DNA of 53,393 nucleotides from Lachnospiraceae bacterium (GCA_963661135.1 CAVKZO010000003.1:1-53393); one strand, 5' to 3'; positions 10,755-19,592 are shown, numbered from the stretch's first letter. Notes: generated from the sequence alone by a model not told the origin. Program-made: numbers and translations.

Positions 10755-11351
10755 CTAGTCTTTTGCGATTTCAGTAAAATCAACTTCGACTGGAGTGTGT
10801 CTTCCAAAGAATACAGCGTCGATTTTAACGATTCCTTGCTCTTTATCAATGCTTGTGATAGTTCCATCGATTCCTTCAAAAGTACCATGAACAATTTTGA
10901 CATTGTCACCAATATGGTATCTATCGTACATTGAATTATCAACGTAACCCATAATTTTAAGGACACTCTCCATTTGTTTAGGAGTGACAGGAGCTGGTTT
11001 TTGACCACCGCCGCTACTTCCTGCAATACCAGTAACTAGTGGTGTGTTTCTAACCATGAACCAACTTTCATCTGTCATAATCATCTCAACAAAAACATAA
11101 CCTGGAAAAAGATTTTTAGCTTTTGTTTTTTGAACCATTTCACCAGTTTCTTTATCTTTGACCATCTTTGGTTGACCGGTCTTTTTATCAATTTCTACTT
11201 CTTCTTCCTCAGCGACTATAACTCTAAAAACATAGTCTTGAAGGTCCATAGATTCGACTCTTCTAAGAATGTTCTCTTTAGCTTTTTTTTCGTTGCCACT
11301 ATAAGTTGTGACTATATACCACTTTTTTTCAGCATTGATATTTTCAGACAT
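10755..11351 (-). CDS. nusG: Transcription termination/antitermination factor NusG
   Basis: It has an NGN domain start (KKWYIVTTYSGNEKKA) and a C-terminal KOW motif (GDNVKIVHGTFEGIDGTITSI). It lies between secE and rplK. Confidence 0.95.
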   Translation of the reverse strand: MSENINAEKKWYIVTTYSGNEKKAKENILRRVESMDLQDYVFRVIVAEEEEVEIDKKTGQPKMVKDKETGEMVQKTKAKNLFPGYVFVEMIMTDESWFMVRNTPLVTGIAGSSGGGQKPAPVTPKQMESVLKIMGYVDNSMYDRYHIGDNVKIVHGTFEGIDGTITSIDKEQGIVKIDAVFFGRHTPVEVDFTEIAKD

Positions 11352-11362
11352 AATTCACCTCA

Positions 11363-11563
11363 CTAAATATTTTTAAAAGCTTCTTTAAGTTGATTGATAA
11401 TCGTATTAGCAGCATAGTCTTCAAGATAAATGAAAACAGCAGCAAAAACCATTACGCATAAAACTACTGCAATAGCAGGTAATAATTCATCCTTTTTTGG
11501 CCATCTAACTCTTTTAGCTTCACGGCCGACACCTTTGAAGTAATTTATTGGACTCTTTTTCAT
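11363..11563 (-). CDS. secE: Preprotein translocase subunit SecE
   Basis: The 66-aa product has the motif GREAKRVRWPKKDEL followed by a single TM helix. It lies between rpmG and nusG. Confidence 0.88.
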   Translation of the reverse strand: MKKSPINYFKGVGREAKRVRWPKKDELLPAIAVVLCVMVFAAVFIYLEDYAANTIINQLKEAFKNI

Positions 11564-11571
11564 ATTTCCTC

Positions 11572-11721
11572 CTACTTGCTCTCTTTGTGAATCGTGTGTT
11601 TGCTACACGTTGGACAGAACTTATTAAGTTCTAGCCTTTCACTAGAAGATTCAACTTTCTTAGTTGTTGTATAATTTCTCGATAGGCATTCAGTGCAAAT
11701 TAAAATAACTTTCTTTCTCAT
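11572..11721 (-). CDS. rpmG: 50S ribosomal protein L33 (Cys4 zinc-ribbon form); absent from the supplied ORF track
   Basis: My own translation of the minus strand gives [49 protein letters not shown] followed by TAG. That is 49 aa, with the CxxC...CxxC pair typical of L33. It sits 8 nt upstream of secE, as in Bacillus. Confidence 0.9.
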   Translation of the reverse strand: MRKKVILICTECLSRNYTTTKKVESSSERLELNKFCPTCSKHTIHKESK

Positions 11722-11751
11722 ACTTATCGAATATTTTAATACAACGATAAA

Positions 11752-11780
11752 ATTTTATCTAGACATAAAATAAAAGTCAA
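11752..11780 (-). promoter_or_regulatory. Putative sigma-A promoter of rpmG-secE-nusG
   Basis: The minus strand reads TTGACT (11775-11780), a 17-nt spacer, then TAAAAT (11752-11757). This places the start about 25-30 nt upstream of the rpmG ATG. Confidence 0.5.
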
Positions 11781-11955
11781 TATTTATATTGACAAAAATA
11801 TAAAAAATTTTACCTTGAAAATTAAGTCTATTTTAATTATATTTTTGATAAAATTTTTATTGATAATTTTAAAAATTTTATCGACCAATTCGATGTTTTA
11901 ATTGATTTTAAAATTTATTAAAATGTGAGTAATAACAATTCATAGGAGCAATTTT

Positions 11956-12513
11956 ATGGAGCAACTTTTTTACAAAGATTTTAATAATTTTTTTATGGAG
12001 AATGTATTTTCAAATAATATTGCAGAAAGATACTTTCTCAAGAAAAACTTGAATCGAAGATTATTCAATAAAACGTTTCTATCCAAGAATATTTTTATAG
12101 ATAATTACATTAACTGGTTCTTTTATAAATATTATAATATGAATGAGTGCCACCATATAACATTTAATGAATTTATAGAGAAAACATCTAGTTTATTCGC
12201 ATTTACTATAAAAAATAATATAAGTAAGATTCATAAAAATGATAGGGAATCTATAGTTATATTTATAAAAAATATAAGATGTACATACATAAAAGTAGCT
12301 ATGAAAAGATTTAAAAATAAATATGCATATATCGGAGATTATTTTGTAAATATCAAGCATTACTTGAAATTGTTCTTTGCATTTTTTACTTCTATTATTC
12401 TCGATATTATTAAAGATGAAGATATAAATTATTCTCAATTAGACTTACCTTTATTAATGTCTTTATGTCTAGAAAGAAGATTTGCATTAACTATATTAAG
12501 AAATAAATATTAA
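11956..12513 (+). CDS. Hypothetical protein, 185 aa, with extreme Asn/Lys/Phe/Ile/Tyr bias
   Basis: It is an open frame with an AGGAG SD 7 nt upstream of the ATG. I recognise no family motif. It is noticeably more AT-rich than its neighbours and is divergent from rpmG. Confidence 0.5.
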   Translation: MEQLFYKDFNNFFMENVFSNNIAERYFLKKNLNRRLFNKTFLSKNIFIDNYINWFFYKYYNMNECHHITFNEFIEKTSSLFAFTIKNNISKIHKNDRESIVIFIKNIRCTYIKVAMKRFKNKYAYIGDYFVNIKHYLKLFFAFFTSIILDIIKDEDINYSQLDLPLLMSLCLERRFALTILRNKY

Positions 12514-12542
12514 TTATTTTTTAAAAGTTATAAAATTTATTT

Positions 12543-15443
12543 GTGAAGCTTAAATTTAATAAAGAAAAAATAAATAAAATTTTAAGATATATATTTTTAG
12601 CAGGATATATAACTTGTTTCATCACTTTAGTAGTTGAATCTTCTATGAATGGAGAAGTTTCAGCAACGCAATCAAATTCTTTAGGGAATAAAATCGCTGA
12701 CCTGATTGAAGGAGATGACAAAGATCCGGATCCCATTAATCCTACCTCTATAACCATCAATAATAAAATAAATGAAGCTTATGTAGGTGAAGAGTATACA
12801 TTAAATACATTAATATACCCTGATAATTCAACTTATAAAGGGATAAATTACGATATTTCTAATAAAGAGTTAGCTACTATTAATAGCGATGGTAAAATTT
12901 CTTTTTTAAAAGAAGGAGATATAACAATCACTGCTTCGAGTTCTTTTGATTCATCGATTTACGATGAGATGGATGTAACTATTAAAAATGTGATTGGAAC
13001 GTCTTTAGATGTGTCTTTATCGATTTATGAAAATAATAAATTCAGCAATATCAAAGAAGACAAAAATAATTACTACACGTTATATTCTAATAAAAATTAT
13101 CAAATTAATTCGGTTATTCAACCAGAAAATACCACTATTACGACTATTGACTATAGCCCTATTAAAAATGAATATTTTTCAATAAAAAACAATACATTAA
13201 CTACACTTAAATCAAGTGATGATTACATATCTTTGAATATCGAATCAAAGTACAATAATTTAATTAGAACAATTTATTTAAAGATCGTTGAAGATGAAAC
13301 AAATTTTGTACCTTTTGAATCTATCAAATTTGTTAATGAAGCTAAATTAAGTTTAATTACATCATGCTCATATTCATTAAAAACAAATAATTTTAGTTAC
13401 ATAATAAACAATAATTCATCAATACCAACATATTCTGAAGTAGACTTTTTAAGTGGTGATACGACGATTATAAATATCAAAAACAATATGATATACGCTC
13501 TAAAAGAAGGAAACGTTACTCTAACCTGTAGAAGTGTGAAATACAATAATATTTATTGCACTAAAGATATAGAAGTAAAAAACCAATCTTTGAAATCTAT
13601 GTCGATAACAATAGACGGAGTTAAAAACAAAAATAGTCTTTATATAAATACAACAAAAACATTTTTAGTTTCGTTTTCCCCTACTATTTTCACTCATTAT
13701 TCAAAAAATGATGATACTTTAGCATTTACATCGAGTAATGAAGATGTAGTTAAAATAATTGATAAGCAGAAAGGAAAGATACAGGTCGTAGGTTTAGGAG
13801 AATCTATAATAACTGCAACAATTAAAAATATCGAAGGATTTGATGATGTAACCGCAACATATACAATTGAAGGAATGGAGAAAAAATCATCAATAACTGG
13901 ATATGATTTAAATATAAAAACAATCGAGAAATCAGTAGATAATCAACAATATTTATTAACAAACAAAACATATAATTTATCAAATTATATCTCTATTGTT
14001 ACGTTTGAAGGTGATATAGATGAAAAAGAAAATATACCAAAAAAATTATCTTTTAAAATCATTAAGCTTTATAATCAATTAAATAACGAGATTGAAGAAG
14101 AAAATTACGATCAATATTTTTCTTTAACTAACACTAATTTGTTTGTAAAACAAAACTGTTCATTTTTACTTAAAACAATTCATGACGAAACAAAAATTGA
14201 ATACACTTCATCATTATTGAAATTCATAGTATATTCAAATCCTCTATTAGTTAATTCTTACGATATAAATAAACAAAACACATATGTAAATCCAACCTCT
14301 TTTAAAGTTGATAAAACTTATCAATTAGATTTTAATGTCCCAATTAACTATATAATATCATCTACGTCGACTCCTATATCGAGATTAAATTTAATTAATG
14401 ATAATAAATCAATTCAAATTACATCAGATGACATCGATAACTTCGATTTGATTATATTATCAGATACAAACCTGCCAGAAGAATTAGGCACTACTATTAA
14501 TATTCAATTTTCATATGTTTTACTCACTGGTTTTAAGCTAAATATATTTGATGACTTAAAAAACAAAATTGAAATAGCTAACAATAAAATTGATTTAATC
14601 AACAAAAATTCATATGACTTTACTATTGAATTAGATAACATACCTACAAAAAGTTTACTAAATATATATTCTTTAAATGATGATATTTTAGAAGTTAAAA
14701 ACGAAAAGTTAATTGTAAAAGACATAGGAAATACATCACTAATCATAGAAGATTCAGTTTCTAAAGTAATTGAAACATATGAGATTAGATGTATAAATTT
14801 AATAAAATTAAAAGAAAACGAAGAATATACCATCTCAGGAAATTCAAAATATTATGAGATTGATAACGAAGGAAAAATAACAATTTTAAAAGGATATTCT
14901 ATTAAAATTAATCCTAATTTTATAAATGATTCGACATATAAAATAGCAAATTATTCATCGTCTAATAAAGATGTTGTCGATGTTTCTAGCGATGGCGTAA
15001 TCACACCAATAAATAGTGGTTCAGCTTTGATAAACATTAAAATAGATGATGGGTTCTCTAATAAGATTGAAAAAGAAATCCAAATTGAAGTTAAAAGTTT
15101 AAATACAATTCAAAACATTGACAGATTTTTATTTCTAGTTAGAAAATCCCTTGGTCATTTTGGTGCTTTTTTCATATTAGGCATCTTTTCTTCTTTATTC
15201 TTTTTATTAACATTTAAAGGCGAAAAACGGATATTTAGTATTCCAATTAACTTTATTCAAGGATTCACAATTGCAAGCTTAACAGAATTAATTCAATGTT
15301 ATGTAATAGGAAGAAGCGGATTAGTAAAAGATGTAGGAATCGATATGTTTGGTTTTTTAATTAGTAGCATAGCGATAACTATCATTATATTAGCTATTTA
15401 CTTTATCAAGAAATATAAAGAAATACATAAAAAATTCAAATAA
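12543..15443 (+). CDS. Membrane-anchored surface protein: N-terminal TM helix, several Ig-like (Big_2-type) repeats, and a C-terminal VanZ-like 4-TM domain
   Basis: The N-terminal hydrophobic helix is ILRYIFLAGYITCFITLVV. Big_2-like strands recur: ATINSDGKISFLKEGDITITASS, IYALKEGNVTLTCRS, KIQVVGLGESIITATI, LIVKDIGNTSLIIEDS, DGVITPINSGSALINIKI. The C-terminus (about 15100-15440) has VanZ-like motifs: RKSLGHFGAFFILG and TELIQCYVIGRSGLVKDVGIDMFGFLIS. The start is GTG with no evident SD; a TAA at 12531 prevents any start further upstream. Confidence 0.75.
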   Translation: MKLKFNKEKINKILRYIFLAGYITCFITLVVESSMNGEVSATQSNSLGNKIADLIEGDDKDPDPINPTSITINNKINEAYVGEEYTLNTLIYPDNSTYKGINYDISNKELATINSDGKISFLKEGDITITASSSFDSSIYDEMDVTIKNVIGTSLDVSLSIYENNKFSNIKEDKNNYYTLYSNKNYQINSVIQPENTTITTIDYSPIKNEYFSIKNNTLTTLKSSDDYISLNIESKYNNLIRTIYLKIVEDETNFVPFESIKFVNEAKLSLITSCSYSLKTNNFSYIINNNSSIPTYSEVDFLSGDTTIINIKNNMIYALKEGNVTLTCRSVKYNNIYCTKDIEVKNQSLKSMSITIDGVKNKNSLYINTTKTFLVSFSPTIFTHYSKNDDTLAFTSSNEDVVKIIDKQKGKIQVVGLGESIITATIKNIEGFDDVTATYTIEGMEKKSSITGYDLNIKTIEKSVDNQQYLLTNKTYNLSNYISIVTFEGDIDEKENIPKKLSFKIIKLYNQLNNEIEEENYDQYFSLTNTNLFVKQNCSFLLKTIHDETKIEYTSSLLKFIVYSNPLLVNSYDINKQNTYVNPTSFKVDKTYQLDFNVPINYIISSTSTPISRLNLINDNKSIQITSDDIDNFDLIILSDTNLPEELGTTINIQFSYVLLTGFKLNIFDDLKNKIEIANNKIDLINKNSYDFTIELDNIPTKSLLNIYSLNDDILEVKNEKLIVKDIGNTSLIIEDSVSKVIETYEIRCINLIKLKENEEYTISGNSKYYEIDNEGKITILKGYSIKINPNFINDSTYKIANYSSSNKDVVDVSSDGVITPINSGSALINIKIDDGFSNKIEKEIQIEVKSLNTIQNIDRFLFLVRKSLGHFGAFFILGIFSSLFFLLTFKGEKRIFSIPINFIQGFTIASLTELIQCYVIGRSGLVKDVGIDMFGFLISSIAITIIILAIYFIKKYKEIHKKFK

Positions 15444-15445
15444 AA

Positions 15446-15477
15446 AAATCCCATTATTTTAAAAATAAATGGGATTT
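15446..15477. terminator. Bidirectional terminator between the convergent 966-aa gene and the yceD-like gene
   Basis: The 10-bp stem is aaatcccatt (15446-15455) and aatgggattt (15468-15477). A-runs and T-runs flank it on both sides. Confidence 0.75.
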
Positions 15478-15487
15478 CATATAATTT

Positions 15488-15958
15488 TTATAAATCTAAA
15501 TCATCTAACACATCAAATGGTGAAGATTTTTTAACATCATCTTCTTTAATTACATCTACACCATTAACGTTTGGTAATTTCTCACCTTTTATATGAACAT
15601 TTAAAGGGATCATCGTAATAATTAAAGAATAAATACATTCATCCAAATTGATTACATTGTTATCGATATAAAATACATCATCATTTTCTAATTCTTCTAA
15701 ATCAGTGAAATACAAAGTATCATTCAGTTTATAATTTGAATCAAATTCTTTTAATGTATAAGAAGAAATAAGTGTTAAATCAATATCTAATTTAAATTTA
15801 ATAGTCACAATATTAGAAACTTTGTTAGTAATTATTTCTCCGCTTACACCATTAAATTTCTTGATGGAAAAATAACTATTCAATTCATTTAATCCATCAA
15901 TTTCATTATAAGAAATAACTTCTTCTTTATTACCTATTGTTGAATATAATAATCTCAT
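15488..15958 (-). CDS. YceD/DUF177-family protein
   Basis: The product is 156 aa with an acidic C-terminus (PFDVLDDLDL). Its size and pattern (DECIYSLIITMIPLN) resemble DUF177. Its ATG overlaps the pheT TGA stop (ATGA). Confidence 0.6.
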   Translation of the reverse strand: MRLLYSTIGNKEEVISYNEIDGLNELNSYFSIKKFNGVSGEIITNKVSNIVTIKFKLDIDLTLISSYTLKEFDSNYKLNDTLYFTDLEELENDDVFYIDNNVINLDECIYSLIITMIPLNVHIKGEKLPNVNGVDVIKEDDVKKSSPFDVLDDLDL

Positions 15959-18330
15959 GATCTTAAATTTACATTAAATTTCTTATTTAATGTCTCCACT
16001 ATTTTATTATTAGCTTCTTCAATTTCGTTTTCTTTTAATGTGTGATCAAAAGATTCAAATGTAACTGTTAAAGCTATAGATTTATGATTTTTAACGATGT
16101 TACTACCTTTATAAACATCAAATAAATGAACATCTTTAATTAAAGAAGAACACTTTTTAATTTCACGTTTAATATCTAAAAAAGAGATAGAATCATCTAA
16201 TAAGAATGCGTAATCTCTACTTGATTGAGGGAAAGAAGATATTGGTTCAAACTTATTATTTCTCGATTTAGTGGAGAATAATAAACTTAAATTCATCTCT
16301 AATAAAATTAAAGCATCTTTATTATCTTTTAACGTTGGATAAATATCTCCCATAACACAAAGTGGTTTATTATCTAAAGTTACTAAAGCGCTTCTATTAG
16401 GATGAAATTCTTCACCTTTTTCTATACGAGCATATTTAATTCTTGTAGAAGAAATATTAAATGCATTTAAAATATAATCTAATATACCTTTAACATCGTA
16501 ATATGAATAATCCCTATCAACTATTTCATCACTTAAATATTTTTTACCACTCAATACGATTGCTAAATGATCTTCAATTCCTTTATCTGTATCAACTTTA
16601 GAAATTTCATAAAGTCCAAAATTCTTATTTTGATGATTTAAATTATATCTTGCAGATTCTAATACGCTACTTAATAAATTAGTTCTAACATACATATGAT
16701 CTTCAGTTAAAGGGTTTTTAATGACGTAATTAGCACCTTTATTTAAATAATTAAAACCTTCAGATTGTTTCTTATTTATTAAAGTATATGTAATTACTCT
16801 ATATAAACCATTATTAGATAAGAAATCAGAAATAACTTTTTCTTTTTCTTCATTTAAATTTCTTCCACCGACTGTAGTTTCCATAAATGGTAATGTAGAA
16901 GGAATGTTATCGATTCCAATATATCTAATAACTTCTTCACTTAAATCAGCTTCACCTTCAATATCGATTCTTTCTTTAGGAACTAAAACTTTAAAGTTAT
17001 CTCCATCTTCTTCTACAAATTTAAAATAAAGGGAAGACAATACATTTTTAATTTCTTCAAAACTAAATGAAGTTCCTAACCTATTGTTAATGTATGTTTT
17101 GCTTGAAGATATATATTTATCTTCGTGTTTTAAACAATCATATTTAACAATATTACTAATTGAATCGTAAGTTGAAACTTCTTTTAATAATTTAGTAGTT
17201 AAATTTAAAACATAATCTGTTTGATCTTTATTTAAACCTTTAATAAATCTTTGGCTTGAATCGCTTGATAAACCAAGTCTAGCACAAGTTTTTCTAATTG
17301 AAACGTGATCAAATATCGCTGCTTCTATAGCAATATTTGTTGTAGTATCAGAAATTTCACTATTTTCTCCACCTAAAATTCCAGCGATACACATACTGTC
17401 GCCATTAGATGTAACAACTAAATCGCCATTTAAAATATCGTGCACTTTTTCATCTAACGCAACATACTTTAAAGATAAATCATCTTTTACAATAAGTTCA
17501 TGTTTAGGAAGTTTATCACTATCGTACATGTGAAGTGGTTGCCCAGTTAAAAGCATGATGTAGTTGCCTAAATCAACGATATTATTGATACTTTTAATAC
17601 CTTCACTTCTTAAGCAATTTTTAAGCCATAAAGGTGATTCTTGAATCTTAATTCCTCTAACTTCTTTAATTGCAAACTCTTTACATTTATCAGTTTCACT
17701 ACCTACGACAAAATCACTTGTAAATGTATGGTCATCACTAGCGATAGGTAAATTAACTTTTCTAGAAAATAATGCACCAAGTTCTTTAGCGACATTAAAT
17801 AGAGCGTAGCAATCACTTCTATTCGCTAATAAGTTTAAATCTAAAATATCGTCATCGAGTCCTAATTTAGCTAAAACTTCAGTGTCACCAACTTCAAAAC
17901 TATCATCTAATATTTCAATACCTTTAATTTGTTCATCTTTTAAATATTTTTTATCTACGCCAAGTTCATTTAAAGCGCATAACATACCATTACTAACTTG
18001 CCCTCTAATCGAACCTGCTTTAATTTCGCCTCCAGGAAGTTTAGCACCAACTTTAGCGACTATTACTTTGATTCCTTCTTTACAATTTGGAGCACCACAA
18101 ACGATATCTAATACTTCATCACCAATATCTACTTTAGTCACGTGAAGGTGATCGCTATCAGGATGAGGAAGACAAGAAATAACTTTACCAACTACTAGAT
18201 TAGTAGCGCTACTCATCCTTTTAATTTCTTCAACTTCAATTCCGCTAAATGTGAGTCTTTTAGCGATTTCTTCAGCACTTATGCCCTCTAAATCGACATA
18301 TTTTTTTAATTCTTGAACACTAACTAACAT
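15955..18330 (-). CDS. pheT: Phenylalanine--tRNA ligase beta subunit
   Basis: The 791-aa product has an N-terminal tRNA-binding domain (GKVISCLPHPDSDHLHVTKVDIG) and B3/4 and B5 regions. It lies directly downstream of pheS. Confidence 0.97.
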   Translation of the reverse strand: MLVSVQELKKYVDLEGISAEEIAKRLTFSGIEVEEIKRMSSATNLVVGKVISCLPHPDSDHLHVTKVDIGDEVLDIVCGAPNCKEGIKVIVAKVGAKLPGGEIKAGSIRGQVSNGMLCALNELGVDKKYLKDEQIKGIEILDDSFEVGDTEVLAKLGLDDDILDLNLLANRSDCYALFNVAKELGALFSRKVNLPIASDDHTFTSDFVVGSETDKCKEFAIKEVRGIKIQESPLWLKNCLRSEGIKSINNIVDLGNYIMLLTGQPLHMYDSDKLPKHELIVKDDLSLKYVALDEKVHDILNGDLVVTSNGDSMCIAGILGGENSEISDTTTNIAIEAAIFDHVSIRKTCARLGLSSDSSQRFIKGLNKDQTDYVLNLTTKLLKEVSTYDSISNIVKYDCLKHEDKYISSSKTYINNRLGTSFSFEEIKNVLSSLYFKFVEEDGDNFKVLVPKERIDIEGEADLSEEVIRYIGIDNIPSTLPFMETTVGGRNLNEEKEKVISDFLSNNGLYRVITYTLINKKQSEGFNYLNKGANYVIKNPLTEDHMYVRTNLLSSVLESARYNLNHQNKNFGLYEISKVDTDKGIEDHLAIVLSGKKYLSDEIVDRDYSYYDVKGILDYILNAFNISSTRIKYARIEKGEEFHPNRSALVTLDNKPLCVMGDIYPTLKDNKDALILLEMNLSLLFSTKSRNNKFEPISSFPQSSRDYAFLLDDSISFLDIKREIKKCSSLIKDVHLFDVYKGSNIVKNHKSIALTVTFESFDHTLKENEIEEANNKIVETLNKKFNVNLRS

Positions 18331-18333
18331 AAA

Positions 18334-19377
18334 TTAATCCTCAACTTTCTTATTAAATTCATTAATAAATTTAATATCATTTGAATAGATTCTTCTAATA
18401 TCATCAATTCCGTATCTAAGCATAGCAACACGTTCGACACCTACTCCAAAAGCAAATCCAGAATATACATTTGGATCATAACCATTCATCTTTAATACAT
18501 TCGGATGAACCATACCAGCACCTAAAATTTCAATCCATCCGCTACCTTTACAAGTTGGACAACCTTTTCCACCACATTTAAAGCAAGATATATCAACTTC
18601 AACACTTGGTTCAGTAAACGGGAAGAAACTAGATCTAAATCTGACTTTACTATCTTTACTAAACATCGATTTAGCAAATAATTCTAACGTTCCTTTTAAA
18701 TCGCTCATTTTGATGTTTTCATCGATAACCAAACCTTCAACTTGAGCGAATTGATGAGAGTGAGTTGCATCATCATCATCTCTTCTATAACATTTTCCAG
18801 GACAAATAATTTTAATAGGTTTACCACCTTTTTTCTCCATAACATAAGCTTGAACAGCTGAAGTGTGAGTTCTTAAAAGCGTCTCATCATCGATATAAAA
18901 AGAATCTTGCATATCTCTAGCAGGATGTTCTTTAGGAATATTAACCAACTCAAAATTATATTTATCTTTCACTACTTCTGGACCAGCTTCAACAGTATAT
19001 CCCATTCCTACAAATATATTTTCAATCTCTTCAATAACTTTATAAAAAGGATTGACTGGAGCAGCTTCAATTTTATTACCTGGAAGAGTTATATCGATAA
19101 TATCTTTCTTTAATTCTTCTTCTAACTTTTTCTTTTCGAATTCTTCTTTAAGACTATTCAATCTACCTTCGATAGATTTTCTAACTTCGTTATATTTTTC
19201 TCCAAATCCTTTTTTATCGTTAACATCTTTAATTTTATTCATCATTAAAGAAACTTTACCTTTTTTAGATAAAAATTTAACAAATATCTCATCAACTTTA
19301 GCTAAAGATTCAACATTTTCAATATCTTCATTAGCTTCTTTTTCGAGTTCTTCGAACTCTTTTTTAAAATCTAACAT
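18334..19377 (-). CDS. pheS: Phenylalanine--tRNA ligase alpha subunit
   Basis: The 347-aa product has class II motifs (FRSSFFPFTEPSVEVD, GFAFGVGVERVAMLRYGI). It is preceded by a Phe T-box leader. Confidence 0.97.
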   Translation of the reverse strand: MLDFKKEFEELEKEANEDIENVESLAKVDEIFVKFLSKKGKVSLMMNKIKDVNDKKGFGEKYNEVRKSIEGRLNSLKEEFEKKKLEEELKKDIIDITLPGNKIEAAPVNPFYKVIEEIENIFVGMGYTVEAGPEVVKDKYNFELVNIPKEHPARDMQDSFYIDDETLLRTHTSAVQAYVMEKKGGKPIKIICPGKCYRRDDDDATHSHQFAQVEGLVIDENIKMSDLKGTLELFAKSMFSKDSKVRFRSSFFPFTEPSVEVDISCFKCGGKGCPTCKGSGWIEILGAGMVHPNVLKMNGYDPNVYSGFAFGVGVERVAMLRYGIDDIRRIYSNDIKFINEFNKKVED

Positions 19378-19388
19378 AACATCTCCTT

Positions 19389-19592
19389 AAAAATAAAAAA
19401 GAATTAGTGTGATAAGGAACGAGTTTCCCCGCGGTGCCATCCTAATTCTTAATGCTCTTAATTCTATACTATTAACGCAAGTATTCACGTTTGCTCCAAG
19501 GTGAATTCAAGAATCGTTTATTAGAGAGTTTTCACTTTTTTCTCTCTTCCCTAAAAATAAATACAAAATTCTTTACTACTTCTTTTCTCAGC
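19389..19592 (-). promoter_or_regulatory. T-box leader (Phe specifier) controlling pheST
   Basis: On the minus strand, the stem I region contains AGAGAGAAAAAAGTGAAAACTCTCT. A UUC followed by A (GAAUUCACC; UUC at 19503-19505) fits a Phe specifier. The T-box sequence AATTAGGATGGCACCGCG lies at 19430-19447. The terminator arms AAGAATTAG (19442-19450) and CTAATTCTT (19399-19407) are followed by TTTTATTTTT, and the 5' arm overlaps the T-box (the antiterminator alternative). Confidence 0.85.

Noticed and set aside
10260-11026. Two long alternative-frame minus-strand ORFs (141 and 162 aa) overlapping rplK, the leader and nusG.
   Set aside because: They are out of frame with well-conserved genes and run through a terminator and promoter. 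They have no SD. They are explained by purine-rich codon usage in highly expressed genes.
11956-12513. The 185-aa orphan as a SigH/ComX-like alternative sigma factor, given that sigH neighbours rpmG in Bacillus.
   Set aside because: The gene is on the opposite strand relative to the Bacillus arrangement. I could not find region 2 (D..QE-type) or region 4.2 HTH motifs, so there is only a positional hint and nothing to support the call.
12521-12760. A 79-aa minus-strand ORF across the start of the 966-aa gene.
   Set aside because: It overlaps the better-supported plus-strand gene, including its TM anchor. It has no SD and no recognisable motif.
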